A stretch of 64,000 nt of DNA, taken from positions 896,001 to 960,000 of the forward strand of contig CAWGHO010000001.1 of assembly GCA_963822445.1 (NCBI GenBank), in the 5' to 3' direction. How positions within the stretch are numbered: the first letter of the stretch is position 1; each line of letters opens with the position of its first letter. The position numbers and the translations under genes are program-made. This DNA comes from an uncultured Acidobacteriota bacterium (GTDB lineage Bacteria; Acidobacteriota; Thermoanaerobaculia; Gp7-AA8). Positions 62,623 through 64,000 of this stretch are shown here, piece after piece. Under the pieces are notes generated by a model. The model was given only the letters and a program-made list of their open reading frames with translations, ran no database searches and was not told the DNA's origin.

Positions 62623-63972
62623 TCAGGCCGGCGGAGGAGGCGCGAAGAGGAGGTTCGGTTGCTGGGGTAAGCGAGTCAGATACTCGCGGACGTGCCGAAC
62701 CAGCTTCGGAGTGGCGGATCGGTTGTGAGCTGCCTCTTTCATCAACGCTAACGCGGTGAGGGCGTGGGCGGTGTACGCCAAACCCTCTGCCTCGAGCAGT
62801 TGGATGGCAGTGCGGCAAATACTCTCTACGCTCTCAAAGTCGGCTTTGTGCGCGAGGAGGAGCTCGGCACGCTCCAGAGCCGCCTCGGTTGCCGAGCCGG
62901 CCATTCCGAAAGAGATGAATTCGGCTGCGATCGATTCGAGGCGCCGAATGGACTCCTCGGCCTGCCCCTCACTTCCCAGCATCGAGGCGATGTTCCATCT
63001 TGCTCGCGTCGCCGCTGGCTGATCTCCGATCAGTTCGAAGAGATCCGACGCAGCTTGTTGATATTGCATCGCCGCTGTCGTCCTACCCAGCCGGAAATTG
63101 CAGTAGCCGAGGTTCCCGAGGATCATCGCGTGAACGCGAGTGTTGCCAGTGCTTCGGACGACGGTCTCCAACGACGTCAACACATCATGGGCGGACGAGA
63201 ACTCGCCGCGGCTGAATTGGAGATTTACTTCCGCGAGTCGCGCTGAGATCTGTCGCGATACGTCACCGAATCTCTCGAAAACGCTGGCGCTCTCCCGCGC
63301 GTGACTCAAGGCGGAGGGGTACTGTTCGAGTTCTCGCTCGACGACGGCGTGGACAATCCCGAGACGGCTCATGTCGTAATCGGCAATGGCGCAAAGAGCG
63401 AAATGGTGGTCGGCGCGGGTGAGAGCTCTTTCGGCCTCCTGATATCGGCCACCGTAAAACAGCGCATACGCCCTCTCCCGCCACGCCGCCCCGCGTAACC
63501 GGGCGACTGTGTCGGAACGATAGCTCGTTGGCTCGAGTTGCTCGGCGATGTTGGTCGCCAGAGCGGTGATCTCCGCGGCGTCGGCCGGCATCGTGTCGAG
63601 AGCGCGATCGGTCGCGGCAATCAACCCCCTCACCACCCCCGCCGTCCGCCACTGCGGGTGCGCGGCCAGGTTCGCCATCCACGTCTCGCGCGGACCAGCG
63701 AGCAGCTCGGCCAGGTATCCCTGGGCGGCGGCGTCTTCGGCGGCCATGGTGTCGGCGAAGGCGCGGAGGGTGGCGATCGTGTTGGGGTTCGGGGCGGTGC
63801 TTACTTCGCGCTGGTTCCAGGTCGCGGCGTCGCGCAGGGCGGTGGTGACCATGCGGAAGTCTTCCAGGCGCTCGGCGCACTCGCCGCAGGCGGCCAGGTG
63901 GGGATCGGAATCCATCACCGGCGCGCCGAGCATCGTCACCAGAGCGTCTTCGTCGTAGTGCCGCTCGACCAT
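62623..63972 (-). CDS. Cytoplasmic protein with a zinc-finger anti-sigma-like N-terminus and TPR repeats
   Basis: 'H...HLAACGEC' (HxxxCxxC); TPR-like helices ('AWRERAYAL', 'ILGNLGYC', 'ARWNIA'); no TM; TGATG coupling to the upstream gene. Confidence 0.75.
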   Translation of the reverse strand: MVERHYDEDALVTMLGAPVMDSDPHLAACGECAERLEDFRMVTTALRDAATWNQREVSTAPNPNTIATLRAFADTMAAEDAAAQGYLAELLAGPRETWMANLAAHPQWRTAGVVRGLIAATDRALDTMPADAAEITALATNIAEQLEPTSYRSDTVARLRGAAWRERAYALFYGGRYQEAERALTRADHHFALCAIADYDMSRLGIVHAVVERELEQYPSALSHARESASVFERFGDVSRQISARLAEVNLQFSRGEFSSAHDVLTSLETVVRSTGNTRVHAMILGNLGYCNFRLGRTTAAMQYQQAASDLFELIGDQPAATRARWNIASMLGSEGQAEESIRRLESIAAEFISFGMAGSATEAALERAELLLAHKADFESVESICRTAIQLLEAEGLAYTAHALTALALMKEAAHNRSATPKLVRHVREYLTRLPQQPNLLFAPPPPA

Positions 63973-64000
63973 CACTTCTTCACCGCCGTGATGTTCATGT
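63972..64000 (-). CDS. 3' end of an upstream gene (...MNITAVKK*), identity not visible; possibly an ECF sigma factor
   Basis: Open frame ending in a TGA that overlaps the ATG at 63972. Confidence 0.35.

Overview
High-GC bacterial chromosomal window, probably Acidobacteriota (Thermoanaerobaculia-like); the taxon is inferred from gene content and repeat style, not proven. Most of it is housekeeping: pilMNO, rpmB, rel, sdhCAB, ahcY, large NAD-GDH, fadJ/fadD, M16/M28/S8 peptidases, a DesK/DesR-type system with an ABC exporter, and several transporters. Three stretches (sdhA; ahcY to the SPFH pair; fadJ to the ABC ATPase) carry clustered indels that look like read or assembly errors. Most notable: (1) a cytoplasmic zinc-finger (anti-sigma-like) plus TPR protein followed by a small secreted propeptide, resembling an RRNPP-like peptide-sensing module attached to a possible ECF switch (62.3-64 kb); (2) an actin with MamK-like motifs, 3 bp downstream of a membrane-anchored peptidoglycan amidase and with no magnetosome genes nearby (35.4-37.4 kb); (3) a 1.1 kb fold-back made of two diverged IS110 right ends lying between two stop codons (44.3-45.45 kb); (4) an acyltransferase / radical SAM / heme-oxygenase-like diiron enzyme cassette (32.9-35.1 kb); (5) a Tat-exported LodA-type oxidase with LodB; (6) a C39-TPR peptidase with a possible substrate; (7) several families of palindromic intergenic repeats. 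No rRNA, tRNA or CRISPR array is supported. All family assignments come from recalled motifs, not database searches.
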